Source of the DNA: Acidobacteriota bacterium
GTDB lineage: Bacteria; Acidobacteriota; Thermoanaerobaculia; UBA5066
Reading direction: 5' to 3'
NCBI GenBank assembly: GCA_016789625.1
Contig: JAEUQS010000494.1
Location: forward strand, 1-36,773
DNA length: 36,773 nt
The position numbers were made by a program, and so were the translations under genes. This document shows positions 1 through 9,156 of the stretch, piece after piece. Position 1 is the stretch's first letter. Each line of letters begins with the position of its first letter. Below the pieces are notes generated by a model, which saw only the letters and a list, made by a program, of their open reading frames with translations, did no database searches and was not told the origin of the DNA.

Positions 1-3000
1 CTCGGCCCGCGGATATCCGGGTCGCCAGTAGTCGGGGAAGGCCTCCAGCTCGAGCCTTCGCGCCGGCTCGAACCGCGTCACGCGGAACGGGCCCGTGCCG
101 GCGGCGCCCTCGCGGTAGCTGCCGAAGACGTCCTCGACGCCCTCGGGCAATATCGCCGACGGCGCGAACGTGAGGAAGGCCGGGAAGAACGACACCGGCT
201 CCTCCAGCTCCAGCACGAACTCGTGCGTGCCCAAAATGCGGAAGCCCTCGAGGCCGACGGTGGGATCCTGGATGAACCTCTGCGCGCCCTTCACCGGGAA
301 CAGCACCCAGCGGTTCTGGCTGTCCCTGGTGCGGAGCAGGCGCTCGAACGTCCAGCGCACGTCGCGCACGGTCATCAGTCGCCCGTTGTGGAAGCGCACG
401 CCGTCGCGCAGGCGGAAGCGGAACTTCCGCCCGCCGTCCAGCGCCTCGAACTCCGAGGCCAGCCACGGCACGATGCGCGCGCCGTCGGTCTCCCGCGTGA
501 GCGTCTCGAAGACGTTGGGGAGCACCTCGCTCTGCCACACGAGGAAGACGCGCGCCGGGTCGATGTCGGCCACGTCGCCGGCGATGGGCACCGAGACGAC
601 GCCGCTCCCCTCGGCCTGGCGCGCGCCCGCGAGGCTCTCGTGCGGCGCGACGCCCAGGGTCTCGAAGTTCACGAAGGGCGCCGTGGAGCGCAGCGTCAGG
701 CCGCGCACCCTCGGGTGCACGGCGCGGACGTCCGTGTCGTGGAAGAGCGGGAGCAGCACGGCCCGCTCGTCGAGGTGGCTCTCGATCTTCTGGTAGAGCC
801 TCTCGCGCGCCTCCGGGCGGCCCTCGCTCCGGGCGTCCAGGATCAGGGCGTCCAGCTCGGGCGAGGAGTGGAAGCCGCGGAAGATCCCGGCCGACGAGTC
901 GAACAGCGTGAACGTGAAGTTGTCGGGATCGTCGTAGTCGGCGTTCCAGCGCCCGATCATGAGGTCCATCTCGAAGCGCCGCTCGAGGAACGACGGCATC
1001 GTCGTGGTGCCCACCACCACGTGGATCCCGGCCTCGGCCCACGTGGCGAGGAGCGCGTCGAGGAACGCGCGGTAGCGGCCCAGGAAGAGCGGGTGCACGG
1101 CGGCCGTGAGCGTCACGGGGAGCGTCTCGCCCTCGAGCTGCCGCGCGACCTCCTCGGCGGCGAGGCGCGGCCGTCGACGTCCCGGGTCGTGGCCGAGGAT
1201 GCCCGGCGGGAAGAAGCTCGTGGCCGGCTCCACGCCCTGTCCGAGCGAGCGCCGCACGATGTCGTGCGGACGCGGCAGGCCGAGGAGCACACGCGCGAGG
1301 CCCTTCCGCTTCCCGAGATAGCGGTCGTTGAGGAGCACGAAGTAGGAGTTGCGGCGCGGGCACTCGGTGAGCGACGTGCGGAACGCGCGGTCGCGCGAGA
1401 GCTCCTCGAGGCTCTCGGGCGGCAGGTTGCCCGCGACGTCCACCTCGCCCGCGCGGAGCGCGGCGACGACCTCCTCGGGACGCATGCCCAGGCGGAAGAC
1501 GAGCTGGGAGAGCCGCGGCGGCTCGTCGCTCTTGCGGAGCGGATTCCGCGCGAGGACGACCCAGCTCTCGTTGGCCTCGGCCACCACGAAGGGCCCGGTG
1601 CCGTGGAGCGCGGGCCGGCCCTTGGGGTCGACGCCCTCGCGCAGGACCATCGTCTCGGGGTGCGTGAGCAGGATGGGGTAGATGGGGAGCGGCTCGTCGA
1701 GCGTGAGGCGCAGCCGGCCGTCGTCGAGCACCTCGATGCCGATGATCTCGTCGGTCTCGCCGCGCAGGAAGGCCTGAGTCCCGGTGAGCGCCGCGAGGCC
1801 CGCGGGGAGGATGTCGGCCGCGGCGCGCGCGGCGCGCTCGAACGACGACTTCACGGCCGCCGCAGAGAGCGGCCGCCCGTCGTGGAACAGCACTCCGGGC
1901 GCGAGCGAGAACACGAACACCCGGCCGTTCTCGAGGGCCTCCCAGCGCGACGCGAGGCGTCCCGTGAGGTGGCCGCGGGAGTCGATCGCGGCGAGCGTCT
2001 CGCAGACGTTGGCGATGACCTCCACGTCCTCGTCGAGCCGCACGCGGGCCGGGTCGAGGGAGTGAGGCGTGGTGGCGAGCGCCACGGTGAGCGTGCCGCC
2101 GCGCGGGAGGTCGTGGTCGTGGCCTTCGCCCGGCGGGGCATGGAGCGAGGCCTGGTCGAGGTAGGCCCGGGCTCTTTCGAAATCGCCGCGCAGGTTCGCG
2201 AGCGTCGCGCCGAGCGAGAAGAGCCGCGCGAGCACCCCGGGCTGTGCCGTCTCGCGCCGCCGCGTGAGGGCCCGGTCGATCCACTTGCGGGCCTCCTCGG
2301 CGCGGAGCGCGTCCCAGGCCGTCTCGGCGCCGAGGAGGAGCGTCTCGAAGAGGCCCTCCTCGTCGCCGCTGTCGATCTGGGCCTCCGTGGCCAGCTCGAT
2401 CTCGCGAAGCGCCGACGCCGTGTTGCCCGCCATGCGGTGCGCGCGCCCGAGCACCAGGCGCACCTCGAGCGTCTTCGCGGCGCCCTCGCGGCCGTCGCCT
2501 TCCAGAAAGTCGAGAACGGTCCGGGCAACGCGAATGGCTTCCTCGGCGCTGAAGGAGTCGAGGCTCTTCTTCGCGAGGGCGAGGCCGTAGCCGACGACCT
2601 TCTCCTCGGCGTCGGCCTCGCCGAAATGGTGCACGAGCTGCGGGTACACACGGTCCAGGCGTCCCGCGTGCCGGCGCTCGAGCTCCTCGGCGTACTTCAG
2701 GTTCAGCGAGCGCCGCCGCCGCCGCGGCAGGGCCGCGTAGATCACCTCGCGGAGGACGCCGCTCGGAAACGAGAGCCGGTCGCCTCGCGAGAGGCGCTCT
2801 TCCTCGAGGAAGCCCGATTCGAGAAGCCCGTCCACGAGGTCCTCGAGCCCGTCCTCTCCGGCCAGGAACGCGAGGTCGGCGTACGAGAACGTCCGTCCCA
2901 GCACCGAGGCCAGCGAGAGCACCTCGCGCGGACGCGCGGGCAGCCGCTCCAGGCGGCGCTCCACGGCCTGCTGGATCGTGGCCGGCAGGGCGTCGGAGCC

Positions 3001-4830
3001 GAGGCCCGCCGTGCGCACGAGGGCGTGGCGTCCGCTCGAGTCCTGCCGGATCCCCGAGGAGTCCACGAGCGTGCGCACCAGCTCGCGCGTGAAATACGGG
3101 TTGCCCTCGGTGGCGGCGAAGAGCCGCGCGAGCAGCTCGTCCTCGATCTTCTGCGTGCCGAGCAGGCTCTCCACGAGCCTCTTGTGATCGTCCTGGCCGA
3201 GCGGCTTGAGCAGGAGCTTCGAGAAGCGCCGGTCGCCCTCGAAGCCCTCCACGAGCGCGAGCAGCGGATGGCGCTTGTCGACCTCCTCGCTCCGGTAGGT
3301 GCCCACGAAGAGCGTGGGCGTCGGGCCCATGCGGCGCACGGCGTACTGGAGCGCCTCGAGGGAGGCGTCGGCGAGGTGCAGATCCTCGAACGCGAGGATC
3401 ACGGGGCGTCCGCGGCCGATGCGCACGAGCGCGCGGGCGAGCAGCTCGAAGATGCGGTTGCGGTCCAGCTCACGTCGCGGAGGCGGCGCGCCCTCGGCCA
3501 TCGCGACGGCCACGGGCAGGTTCGCCCCTGAGGACTTGCTAAGCGCGGACCGGAAATCCTCGATCTCGGTGAGCTGCGGGAACAGCGTGACGAGGTCCTC
3601 GGCGAGGTCGGCGAAGTCGCTCTGCTTCGTCGTGCCCGAGGACGTCGGCGGCAGCGCGCGGAAGAAGGCCTGGATGAGGTCGCAAAAGCCCTGGTAGGGA
3701 AACGACCGGTCCTGGTCGGCGAGGCGCCCCGAGAAAAACGGCACCTTTCGGAAGCGTGCGAGGGTCTCGAGCTCCTCCAGGAGGCGCGTCTTGCCCACCC
3801 CCGTCTCGCCGGAAACGAGGACGAGCTGCGCGTCGTTGATCATGGCCGTGTTGAGCCGGCGCTGCAGCTCGGCCAGCTCGTTCTCGCGGTCCACGAGGGG
3901 CAGGCGCTGCGCCCTCTCGCGGCCCGGCGTGGGCGGCTCGTGCGCCAGCGACTTGTCGCGCTCGCTCTCGGCCATGTGCGACTGGTAGCGCTTGAGCGCG
4001 TCCGCGAGGGCCCCGGCCGTGGCGTGGCGCCGGGCGGGGTCCTTGTGGAGGCAGTCCATGATGATCGATTCCAGCTCGGGGTTGAGGCTCGCGCCGAGCG
4101 AGCGCGGCGTGGGCGGCGCCTCGTGCGCGATGCGGTAGCACACGGCCGCGAAATCGCCCGAGAACGGCGGCTCGCCGGTGAGGCACTCGAAGAGCACGAC
4201 GCCGAGGGAGTAGATGTCCGTCCGGGCGTCGATGGGCTCCGACGTGACCTGCTCGGGGCTCATGTAGGCGATGGTGCCCACGATGTCGCCGGCGTTCGTG
4301 AGGCGGTTCTCCGTGGACGCCGTGGCCAGGCCGAAGTCGGTCACGCGGATCCAGAGGCCCTCGGGCTTCCGCCGCGCGACGAGGAGGTTCTCGGGCTTCA
4401 CGTCGCGGTGGACGACGCCTTGCGCGTGGGCGGCGTCGAGCGCGAGGGCCGTCTGGAGGCCCACCTCGACGATGTCTCCGAGCTTCAGCGTGCCCTTGGC
4501 GAGCTCGGCCCTGAGGCTTTCGCCGGGCACGAGCGGCATGATGAAGAAGAGCGAGCGGTCGTGCTGGCCGATGTCGTGGACGGGCACGATGCCCGGGTGC
4601 TCGAGCCGGGCCACGATGCGCGCCTCGCGCCGGAAGCGCTCTTCCTTCTCGTCGGTCAGGAGGCTCGCCGTGAGCACCTTGATCGCGACGTCGCGCTCGA
4701 GGATCGGGTCCCGCGCGAGGTAGACGATGCCCATGCCGCCACGGCCCAGCTCGCGCAGGATCTCGTAGCGATCGAGGAGCTTCGTTCCGATCACGAAGCG
4801 GTGCTCCACGAGGGGAGTGACTTCCCGCAC
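1..4830 (-). CDS. Giant multidomain Ser/Thr protein kinase: Hanks-type kinase + AAA_16/STAND-type P-loop NTPase + TPR-like helical region + two tandem family-5 solute-binding (SBP_bac_5) domains. The C-terminus lies beyond the left window edge.
   Basis: Absent from the supplied ORF track because it has no in-window stop. The reverse-strand frame whose codon first bases fall on coordinates divisible by 3 is open from 4863 down to 1 (translated by eye). Candidate GTG starts are at 4830 and 4809; neither has a strong SD. Kinase domain (~3985-4767): VEHRFVIGTKLLDRYEILRELGRGGMGIVYLARD, VAIKVL, HRDVKPENLL, DFGLA, GTIAYMSPEQ. Walker A LVLVSGETGVGKT lies at 3787-3810, with a Walker-B-like VILAFEDLHLAD. 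A helical TPR-like stretch follows. SBP5 domain 1 (~655-2100) starts GGTLTVALATTPHSLDP. SBP5 domain 2 (1-~605) reads GVVSVPIAGDVADIDPARVF...GPFRVTRFEPARRLELEAFPDYW. I saw no TM-length hydrophobic segment. Confidence 0.85.
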   Translation of the reverse strand, partial: MREVTPLVEHRFVIGTKLLDRYEILRELGRGGMGIVYLARDPILERDVAIKVLTASLLTDEKEERFRREARIVARLEHPGIVPVHDIGQHDRSLFFIMPLVPGESLRAELAKGTLKLGDIVEVGLQTALALDAAHAQGVVHRDVKPENLLVARRKPEGLWIRVTDFGLATASTENRLTNAGDIVGTIAYMSPEQVTSEPIDARTDIYSLGVVLFECLTGEPPFSGDFAAVCYRIAHEAPPTPRSLGASLNPELESIIMDCLHKDPARRHATAGALADALKRYQSHMAESERDKSLAHEPPTPGRERAQRLPLVDRENELAELQRRLNTAMINDAQLVLVSGETGVGKTRLLEELETLARFRKVPFFSGRLADQDRSFPYQGFCDLIQAFFRALPPTSSGTTKQSDFADLAEDLVTLFPQLTEIEDFRSALSKSSGANLPVAVAMAEGAPPPRRELDRNRIFELLARALVRIGRGRPVILAFEDLHLADASLEALQYAVRRMGPTPTLFVGTYRSEEVDKRHPLLALVEGFEGDRRFSKLLLKPLGQDDHKRLVESLLGTQKIEDELLARLFAATEGNPYFTRELVRTLVDSSGIRQDSSGRHALVRTAGLGSDALPATIQQAVERRLERLPARPREVLSLASVLGRTFSYADLAFLAGEDGLEDLVDGLLESGFLEEERLSRGDRLSFPSGVLREVIYAALPRRRRRSLNLKYAEELERRHAGRLDRVYPQLVHHFGEADAEEKVVGYGLALAKKSLDSFSAEEAIRVARTVLDFLEGDGREGAAKTLEVRLVLGRAHRMAGNTASALREIELATEAQIDSGDEEGLFETLLLGAETAWDALRAEEARKWIDRALTRRRETAQPGVLARLFSLGATLANLRGDFERARAYLDQASLHAPPGEGHDHDLPRGGTLTVALATTPHSLDPARVRLDEDVEVIANVCETLAAIDSRGHLTGRLASRWEALENGRVFVFSLAPGVLFHDGRPLSAAAVKSSFERAARAAADILPAGLAALTGTQAFLRGETDEIIGIEVLDDGRLRLTLDEPLPIYPILLTHPETMVLREGVDPKGRPALHGTGPFVVAEANESWVVLARNPLRKSDEPPRLSQLVFRLGMRPEEVVAALRAGEVDVAGNLPPESLEELSRDRAFRTSLTECPRRNSYFVLLNDRYLGKRKGLARVLLGLPRPHDIVRRSLGQGVEPATSFFPPGILGHDPGRRRPRLAAEEVARQLEGETLPVTLTAAVHPLFLGRYRAFLDALLATWAEAGIHVVVGTTTMPSFLERRFEMDLMIGRWNADYDDPDNFTFTLFDSSAGIFRGFHSSPELDALILDARSEGRPEARERLYQKIESHLDERAVLLPLFHDTDVRAVHPRVRGLTLRSTAPFVNFETLGVAPHESLAGARQAEGSGVVSVPIAGDVADIDPARVFLVWQSEVLPNVFETLTRETDGARIVPWLASEFEALDGGRKFRFRLRDGVRFHNGRLMTVRDVRWTFERLLRTRDSQNRWVLFPVKGAQRFIQDPTVGLEGFRILGTHEFVLELEEPVSFFPAFLTFAPSAILPEGVEDVFGSYREGAAGTGPFRVTRFEPARRLELEAFPDYWRPGYPRAE

Positions 4831-4917
4831 GCGCGTGTCTCTTGCCGGGGCATGGCGTGCGGATCATAAAGAGCCCGGCTTAAACTTTGTCCACCATGAA
4901 GCGTTTCTGGATTTCCA
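4831..4917. promoter_or_regulatory. Divergent promoter region between the kinase gene and the 4-TM protein gene.
   Basis: This is one of the most AT-rich stretches I noticed (GGATCATAAAGAGCCCGGCTTAAACTTTGTCCACCATGAAGCGTTTCTGGATTTCCA) and sits between divergently oriented starts. I cannot assign specific -35/-10 elements. Confidence 0.3.
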
Positions 4918-5907
4918 ATGCCCGCTGAGGGACGGAAGGTCGCTCCCGGCTACACGAGCGTGGGCGGGACGGGAGGGACCGGCGGTGGCTGCGCCATCGC
5001 GTTCGGGTTCCCGTTCATGGCCGCCGGGATCGGCATGCTCGCGGTCGGGCTCGGAGCGTTCGGAACGTTCGAAGGCCCCCGGATCGTCCTCTTCGCGATG
5101 GGCTGCGTCTTCTTTGCCGCGGGCTTCTTCGTGGCGTATCAGGGGGTTTCGGCGATCCTGGCTCTCAAGGCCGCGGCACGGCGGCAGGCCGAGCATCCCG
5201 GAGAGCCCTGGTACGTCGATCACCCCTGGGATCCCTCCGGTGCGACCCACGGCGGGATCAAGGGCCTGATCGGCGGGTTCCTCGGGCTCCTCTTCTTCGG
5301 CGGCTTTCTCACGCCGTTCAACTGGTGGGCCTGGTTCTCGAACGAGGGCGTGCTGCCCGTGAAGATCCTGGTGAGCCTCTTCGACCTGATCCTCCTCGCC
5401 TGCGTCTTCGCCTGGGTGTACGAGGTCCTCAGGCGCACGAAGTACGGCGTCAGCATGCTGCGCTTCGGGACGTTTCCGTTCTTCCTCGGCGAGCCGCTCA
5501 CCGTGTACCTGCAGGGCGCCTCACGGATCGCGGGCTACACGAAGCTCACGGCCACCCTCCGGTGCGTGGAGGAGGTGACCGAGCGGAAGACGAGCACCGA
5601 CTCGAACGGCCGCACCACGACCACGCAGACGACGGTGGGCTACATCGTCTGGGAGGAGACCCGCGCGTTCGCGCCCGGCGAGGTGAAGCTTCCGGAGGCC
5701 GGCAAGGCCCGCCTGTTCCAGCTCTGGCGCCCGAAGGACGAGCTGTCGGAGTGGCGCCTGGAGTTCGACCTCCCGCAGGGAGACGGGGCCCGCCCGTCGC
5801 AGCTCCTGAACGACGACAACAAGTTCGTGTGGCAGCTCGTGATCTCGGCGGAGACCCCGGGCCTCGACTACGACGCGACGTTCCTCCTCCCGGTCTACGC
5901 CCGCTGA
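4918..5907 (+). CDS. Hypothetical integral membrane protein: four predicted TM helices plus a C-terminal ~170-aa beta-rich soluble domain.
   Basis: ATG ORF with protein-like composition. Hydrophobic stretches: CAIAFGFPFMAAGIGMLAVGLGAF, IVLFAMGCVFFAAGFFVAYQGV, GLIGGFLGLLFFGGFLTPFNWWAWF, VKILVSLFDLILLACVFAWVYEVL. The C-terminal region (FPFFLGEPLTVYLQG...LTATLRCVEE...WRLEFDLP...VWQLVISAE) has an alternating beta pattern. I recognise no family. It is divergent from the kinase gene across an AT-richer ~90-nt spacer. Confidence 0.75.
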   Translation: MPAEGRKVAPGYTSVGGTGGTGGGCAIAFGFPFMAAGIGMLAVGLGAFGTFEGPRIVLFAMGCVFFAAGFFVAYQGVSAILALKAAARRQAEHPGEPWYVDHPWDPSGATHGGIKGLIGGFLGLLFFGGFLTPFNWWAWFSNEGVLPVKILVSLFDLILLACVFAWVYEVLRRTKYGVSMLRFGTFPFFLGEPLTVYLQGASRIAGYTKLTATLRCVEEVTERKTSTDSNGRTTTTQTTVGYIVWEETRAFAPGEVKLPEAGKARLFQLWRPKDELSEWRLEFDLPQGDGARPSQLLNDDNKFVWQLVISAETPGLDYDATFLLPVYAR

Positions 5908-5962
5908 GACCGGCGCGGGATCCGGGCGGTCCGGTGCGTTCGTAGAATGCGGCGTTCGCCGG

Positions 5963-8527
5963 GTGGCGAACACGACGAACCACATGCAGCAACCTGCGAT
6001 ACCGCCCGAGGTGGCAGAGGCTCTCCACGAGCTTCAGCTGTACTTCGCCGACACCATGCCCCCGCTCATGGCCGTGGACGCCGTGGAGACGCTGATGTCC
6101 CAGCCGCCCGCGCTCACGGGCGATGTCATCAACGGGTGGGCGGCGGGGCAGTACCAGGGGCGCGGCGCGTCGGTGCCGTTCTCGGATCTCCTCTTCCACG
6201 CGGTGAAGAAGATCCACCTCCTCGGGGAGTACAAGCTGGTCGAGGCCGCGCGCATCGAGCGCTTCATCGCGTCGCTCGCGCCCATCGTCGAGCAGCTCTG
6301 CCCTCCGGGAGACCGGGACTTCTTTCGCACGAACCTCTCGCGCATCGGCCTCAGCCCCACGCTCCTCACGTCGCACACGGCGCCCATCTACCGGCAGGCG
6401 GGCTCCGAATCGCCGCTCGCCGTGCCGCCGCCCACACGCCTCCCGGGGGCCGTGGCCGCGACCCCGACTTTCGGTGGCCTGGGCGTGCCCGGCTCGACCG
6501 GCTCCGCGCTCGCGTCGGCAGCGGCAGCGACGGCGGCGACCGCTGCGACGGCGCGTGCGACCGAGCAGATGGTCGAGGGGCTCAGGCGATTCGAGCTGCT
6601 CCTCGCGCGCATCGCGCCGGCGGTCCCGGCATCCGCGGGCGTCAGCCCGGCGCCTCCGGCCCTCGTCTCCGAGGCCGCCTCGCACGCGAAGAACGAGGCC
6701 GAGCTCGTGTCCAGCCTCGCGAAGCTCGGCGGGCTCGGCTACGACACGGCCCCGTCGAGCGTCGTGCGGGCGCTGGGGCAGAGCCTGCCGGAGTGGGGTG
6801 TCGCGCCGCCCTCGGGCCCGGACGCCTCCTCGCCCGGCGCCCTGTCGGCCATGGGGCGCTACATCTCCATGGCCGATCCCAGCGAGGGTCTGCGCCGCTA
6901 CCGCGAGATGCTCCAGACGGCCATCGAGCAGGCGAACGACGGCTCCCTCGCGCGGGCCGTGCTGATGTTCGAGCTGGCCGACCGGCTCGTCGCCGAGAGA
7001 AAGGTCGACAAGAGCGCCGCCGACCCGCTCCGCTCGTCCATGGGCGCGGCGCTCGACGTCGACCGGCTCCGCGCCGCGGGGGAGAAGCCCGAGAAACGCA
7101 TCCTCGTGCGTTCGATCCTGGCGTTCTTTCCGGCGACCTCGGTGCGCGGCCTCCTGGAGGCCCTGAAGACCGAGGAGCGCCGCGACGGCCGCCGCAACCT
7201 CCTCGCGCTCCTCGACGTCCACGGCCTGCCCGCGCGCGAAGCCGCGCTCTCCGACCTCGCCAAGGCCGTGGAGGATCCTCACGGCGCGCCCGACTGGTAC
7301 TACCTGCGCAACCTCTTGAACGTGCTGCGGCGGGTTCCCCGCCCCGAGGGCGCCTCACCGGAAGGCGAGCTGGGATTCCTGGATCTCCTCGCGGGCAAGG
7401 TGCAGCCCGCCGCCCTCGCGAAGGAGGCGCTGTTCAACATCGGGCAGATCAAGCACCCGAAGGCCGAGACGCTCCTCGTGGACAAGCTGAAACGGCTCGA
7501 GACGCTGCGCATCGGTGAGGAGGCCTCGCAGTACAGCCACGAGGAGCTGGACCAGCTCCTCGACCGCGCGACGAGCGGCCTCGTCCGCATCGGCACACCC
7601 TCGGCGATCCGCGCCATCGTGGAGCACGCCCTGAAGCGCGACGCGCGGCTCGGGGACACCATGCCGCGCCTCGCGCAGCTCTCGACCCTCGACCTCACGG
7701 TCGATCCCCCGTCCCTCGAGACGCTCCTGCGGGCGCTCGAGAAGGAGATCCCCCGCAAGGTCTTCGGCCTGATGGTGAAGGAGGAGAGCCCGCGGCTCGT
7801 GCAGTACGTGGCGGCTCTCTCGGGCACGCCGGCGCCCTCGGTGAGGGAGCTGCTGGGAGACCTCTCCCGGAAGTTCCCCGAGAGGGAGCTCGGCCGCGCG
7901 GCGACGAAAGCCCTCTCGGCCCTCGTCGCGCTCGAGGCCTCCCGCAAGGAGAAAGAGCCCACGACGCTCGGCATGACGGGGGATCTCGAGGTCTTCGGGC
8001 TTCCCATGCTCACGCAGACGCTGGCGCAGAGCGAATCCACGGGAACGCTCCTCCTGAAGCCGAAGGACGGTGGCCCGCCCGCGAAGCTCACTCTCGAGGC
8101 CGGCCGGGTGCGCCACGCCGCGCACGGCACGCTGAAGGGGGCGGAGGCCGTGTACCAGCTCCTCGAGCGGCCGCTCGAGGGCTCGTTCCAGTTCGTGAGG
8201 AAGCCGGCCGTGAGGAGCGCCGACGACGCGTTCCAGCCGGCCTCGGACATCATCCCCCTGCTCTTCGAGGGGATGCGCCGCTACGACGAGCTGAGGCGGT
8301 CTTGCGAGCTCGTGGGCGACCTCGTGAGGCTTTCGCCCACCGGGAAGAAGCCGTCGCTCCCCTCCCACGAGAACGACGGCAACCTCGTCCGCACGGTGTG
8401 GGCGGGAGCCGCGGCGGGAGCGACGGCCTTGCAGCTCGAGCGGGCGTCGAGCGTCGACGCGTACCGCATCCGGCGCCTTCTGGCCCACTGGGTCGAAGAG
8501 GGCTCGATGGAAGCCCGCCCTACCTGA
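5963..8527 (+). CDS. Large HEAT-like repeat protein with a C-terminal DUF4388 (PATAN-like) domain.
   Basis: 854-aa ORF with a GTG start at 5963 (alternative ATG at 5984). HEAT-like segments include GTPSAIRAIVEHALKRD and LLALLDVHGLPAREAAL. The C-terminal GDLEVFGLPMLTQTLAQSESTGTLLLK...GAEAVYQLL matches the DUF4388 signature (G.L..f.l.dllq.l.....tG.L) as I remember it. A low-complexity Ala/Thr/Pro linker spans about aa 150-290. Confidence 0.8.
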   Translation: MANTTNHMQQPAIPPEVAEALHELQLYFADTMPPLMAVDAVETLMSQPPALTGDVINGWAAGQYQGRGASVPFSDLLFHAVKKIHLLGEYKLVEAARIERFIASLAPIVEQLCPPGDRDFFRTNLSRIGLSPTLLTSHTAPIYRQAGSESPLAVPPPTRLPGAVAATPTFGGLGVPGSTGSALASAAAATAATAATARATEQMVEGLRRFELLLARIAPAVPASAGVSPAPPALVSEAASHAKNEAELVSSLAKLGGLGYDTAPSSVVRALGQSLPEWGVAPPSGPDASSPGALSAMGRYISMADPSEGLRRYREMLQTAIEQANDGSLARAVLMFELADRLVAERKVDKSAADPLRSSMGAALDVDRLRAAGEKPEKRILVRSILAFFPATSVRGLLEALKTEERRDGRRNLLALLDVHGLPAREAALSDLAKAVEDPHGAPDWYYLRNLLNVLRRVPRPEGASPEGELGFLDLLAGKVQPAALAKEALFNIGQIKHPKAETLLVDKLKRLETLRIGEEASQYSHEELDQLLDRATSGLVRIGTPSAIRAIVEHALKRDARLGDTMPRLAQLSTLDLTVDPPSLETLLRALEKEIPRKVFGLMVKEESPRLVQYVAALSGTPAPSVRELLGDLSRKFPERELGRAATKALSALVALEASRKEKEPTTLGMTGDLEVFGLPMLTQTLAQSESTGTLLLKPKDGGPPAKLTLEAGRVRHAAHGTLKGAEAVYQLLERPLEGSFQFVRKPAVRSADDAFQPASDIIPLLFEGMRRYDELRRSCELVGDLVRLSPTGKKPSLPSHENDGNLVRTVWAGAAAGATALQLERASSVDAYRIRRLLAHWVEEGSMEARPT

Positions 8528-9104
8528 GCGTCTCCTCGATCTTCGCGGTCAGCTCCTTGGACATCGGCTCCGTCGCCGAGCCGTAGCGGGCGACGACCTT
8601 GCCGTTCTTGTCGAGCAGGAACTTGCCGAAGTTCCACTTGATGTCGCCTTCCATCCCGGGCCGCGACGTGAGCCACGCGAACAGCGGATCGATGCCCGCG
8701 CCCTTCACGCTGACCTTCTCGAAGAGGTCGAACGTGGTCTTGTACTTCGTGGTGCAGAACCCCTTGATCTCGCTGTTCGTGCCGGGCTCCTGAGCGCCGA
8801 AGTCGTTCGCCGGGAACGCCAGCACCGCGAGGCCCTGGCCCCTGTACTTCTGGTGGAGCTCCTCGAGCCCCGCGTACTGCGGCGTGTAGCCGCACTTGGA
8901 CGCGGTGTTCACGATGAGAAGGGCCTTGCCCTTGTAGGCGGCGAGGCTCTTCTCCTCGCCATCGATGGTCTTGACCTTGAACGCATGCGCGGAATCGACG
9001 GACACCTTCGTCTCCTTGGTGTTGGTTGCGGGGGTGACGGCTTGCGCGGCGAATGCGGCGAGTGCCGTGACGCCGAGGACGGTCAGACAGAGAACGGGTT
9101 TCAT
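8520..9104 (-). CDS. gpx: Glutathione peroxidase (Cys type), secreted or periplasmic.
   Basis: Motifs NTASKCGYTPQY, LAFPANDFGAQEPG and IKWNFGKFLLDKNGKVVARY. Signal peptide MKPVLCLTVLGVTALAAFAAQA. GAGGAG SD lies ~9 nt upstream. The catalytic residue is encoded by TGC (Cys), not TGA. Its 3' end overlaps the convergent 5963-8527 gene by 8 nt. Confidence 0.93.
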   Translation of the reverse strand: MKPVLCLTVLGVTALAAFAAQAVTPATNTKETKVSVDSAHAFKVKTIDGEEKSLAAYKGKALLIVNTASKCGYTPQYAGLEELHQKYRGQGLAVLAFPANDFGAQEPGTNSEIKGFCTTKYKTTFDLFEKVSVKGAGIDPLFAWLTSRPGMEGDIKWNFGKFLLDKNGKVVARYGSATEPMSKELTAKIEETLR

Positions 9105-9156
9105 TGAGTACGCTCCTCGCTCAACCTTACGTCCTTTTCCCCCATCCGGATGACAC

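Noticed and set aside
223-4869. Long track ORFs 223-3531 (+, 1102 aa), 3940-4869 (+, 309 aa), 3539-4867 (-, 442 aa) and smaller ones in this span.
   Set aside because: Their translations are Arg/Ala/Gly/Glu/His-rich and carry no motifs. They lie antisense or out of frame to the uninterrupted kinase-STAND-SBP5 reading frame, which has clear motifs. They are shadow ORFs typical of high-GC DNA.
8880-8905. Selenocysteine-type glutathione peroxidase.
   Set aside because: The catalytic codon in NTASKCGYT is TGC (Cys). There is no in-frame TGA and no need for a SECIS element.
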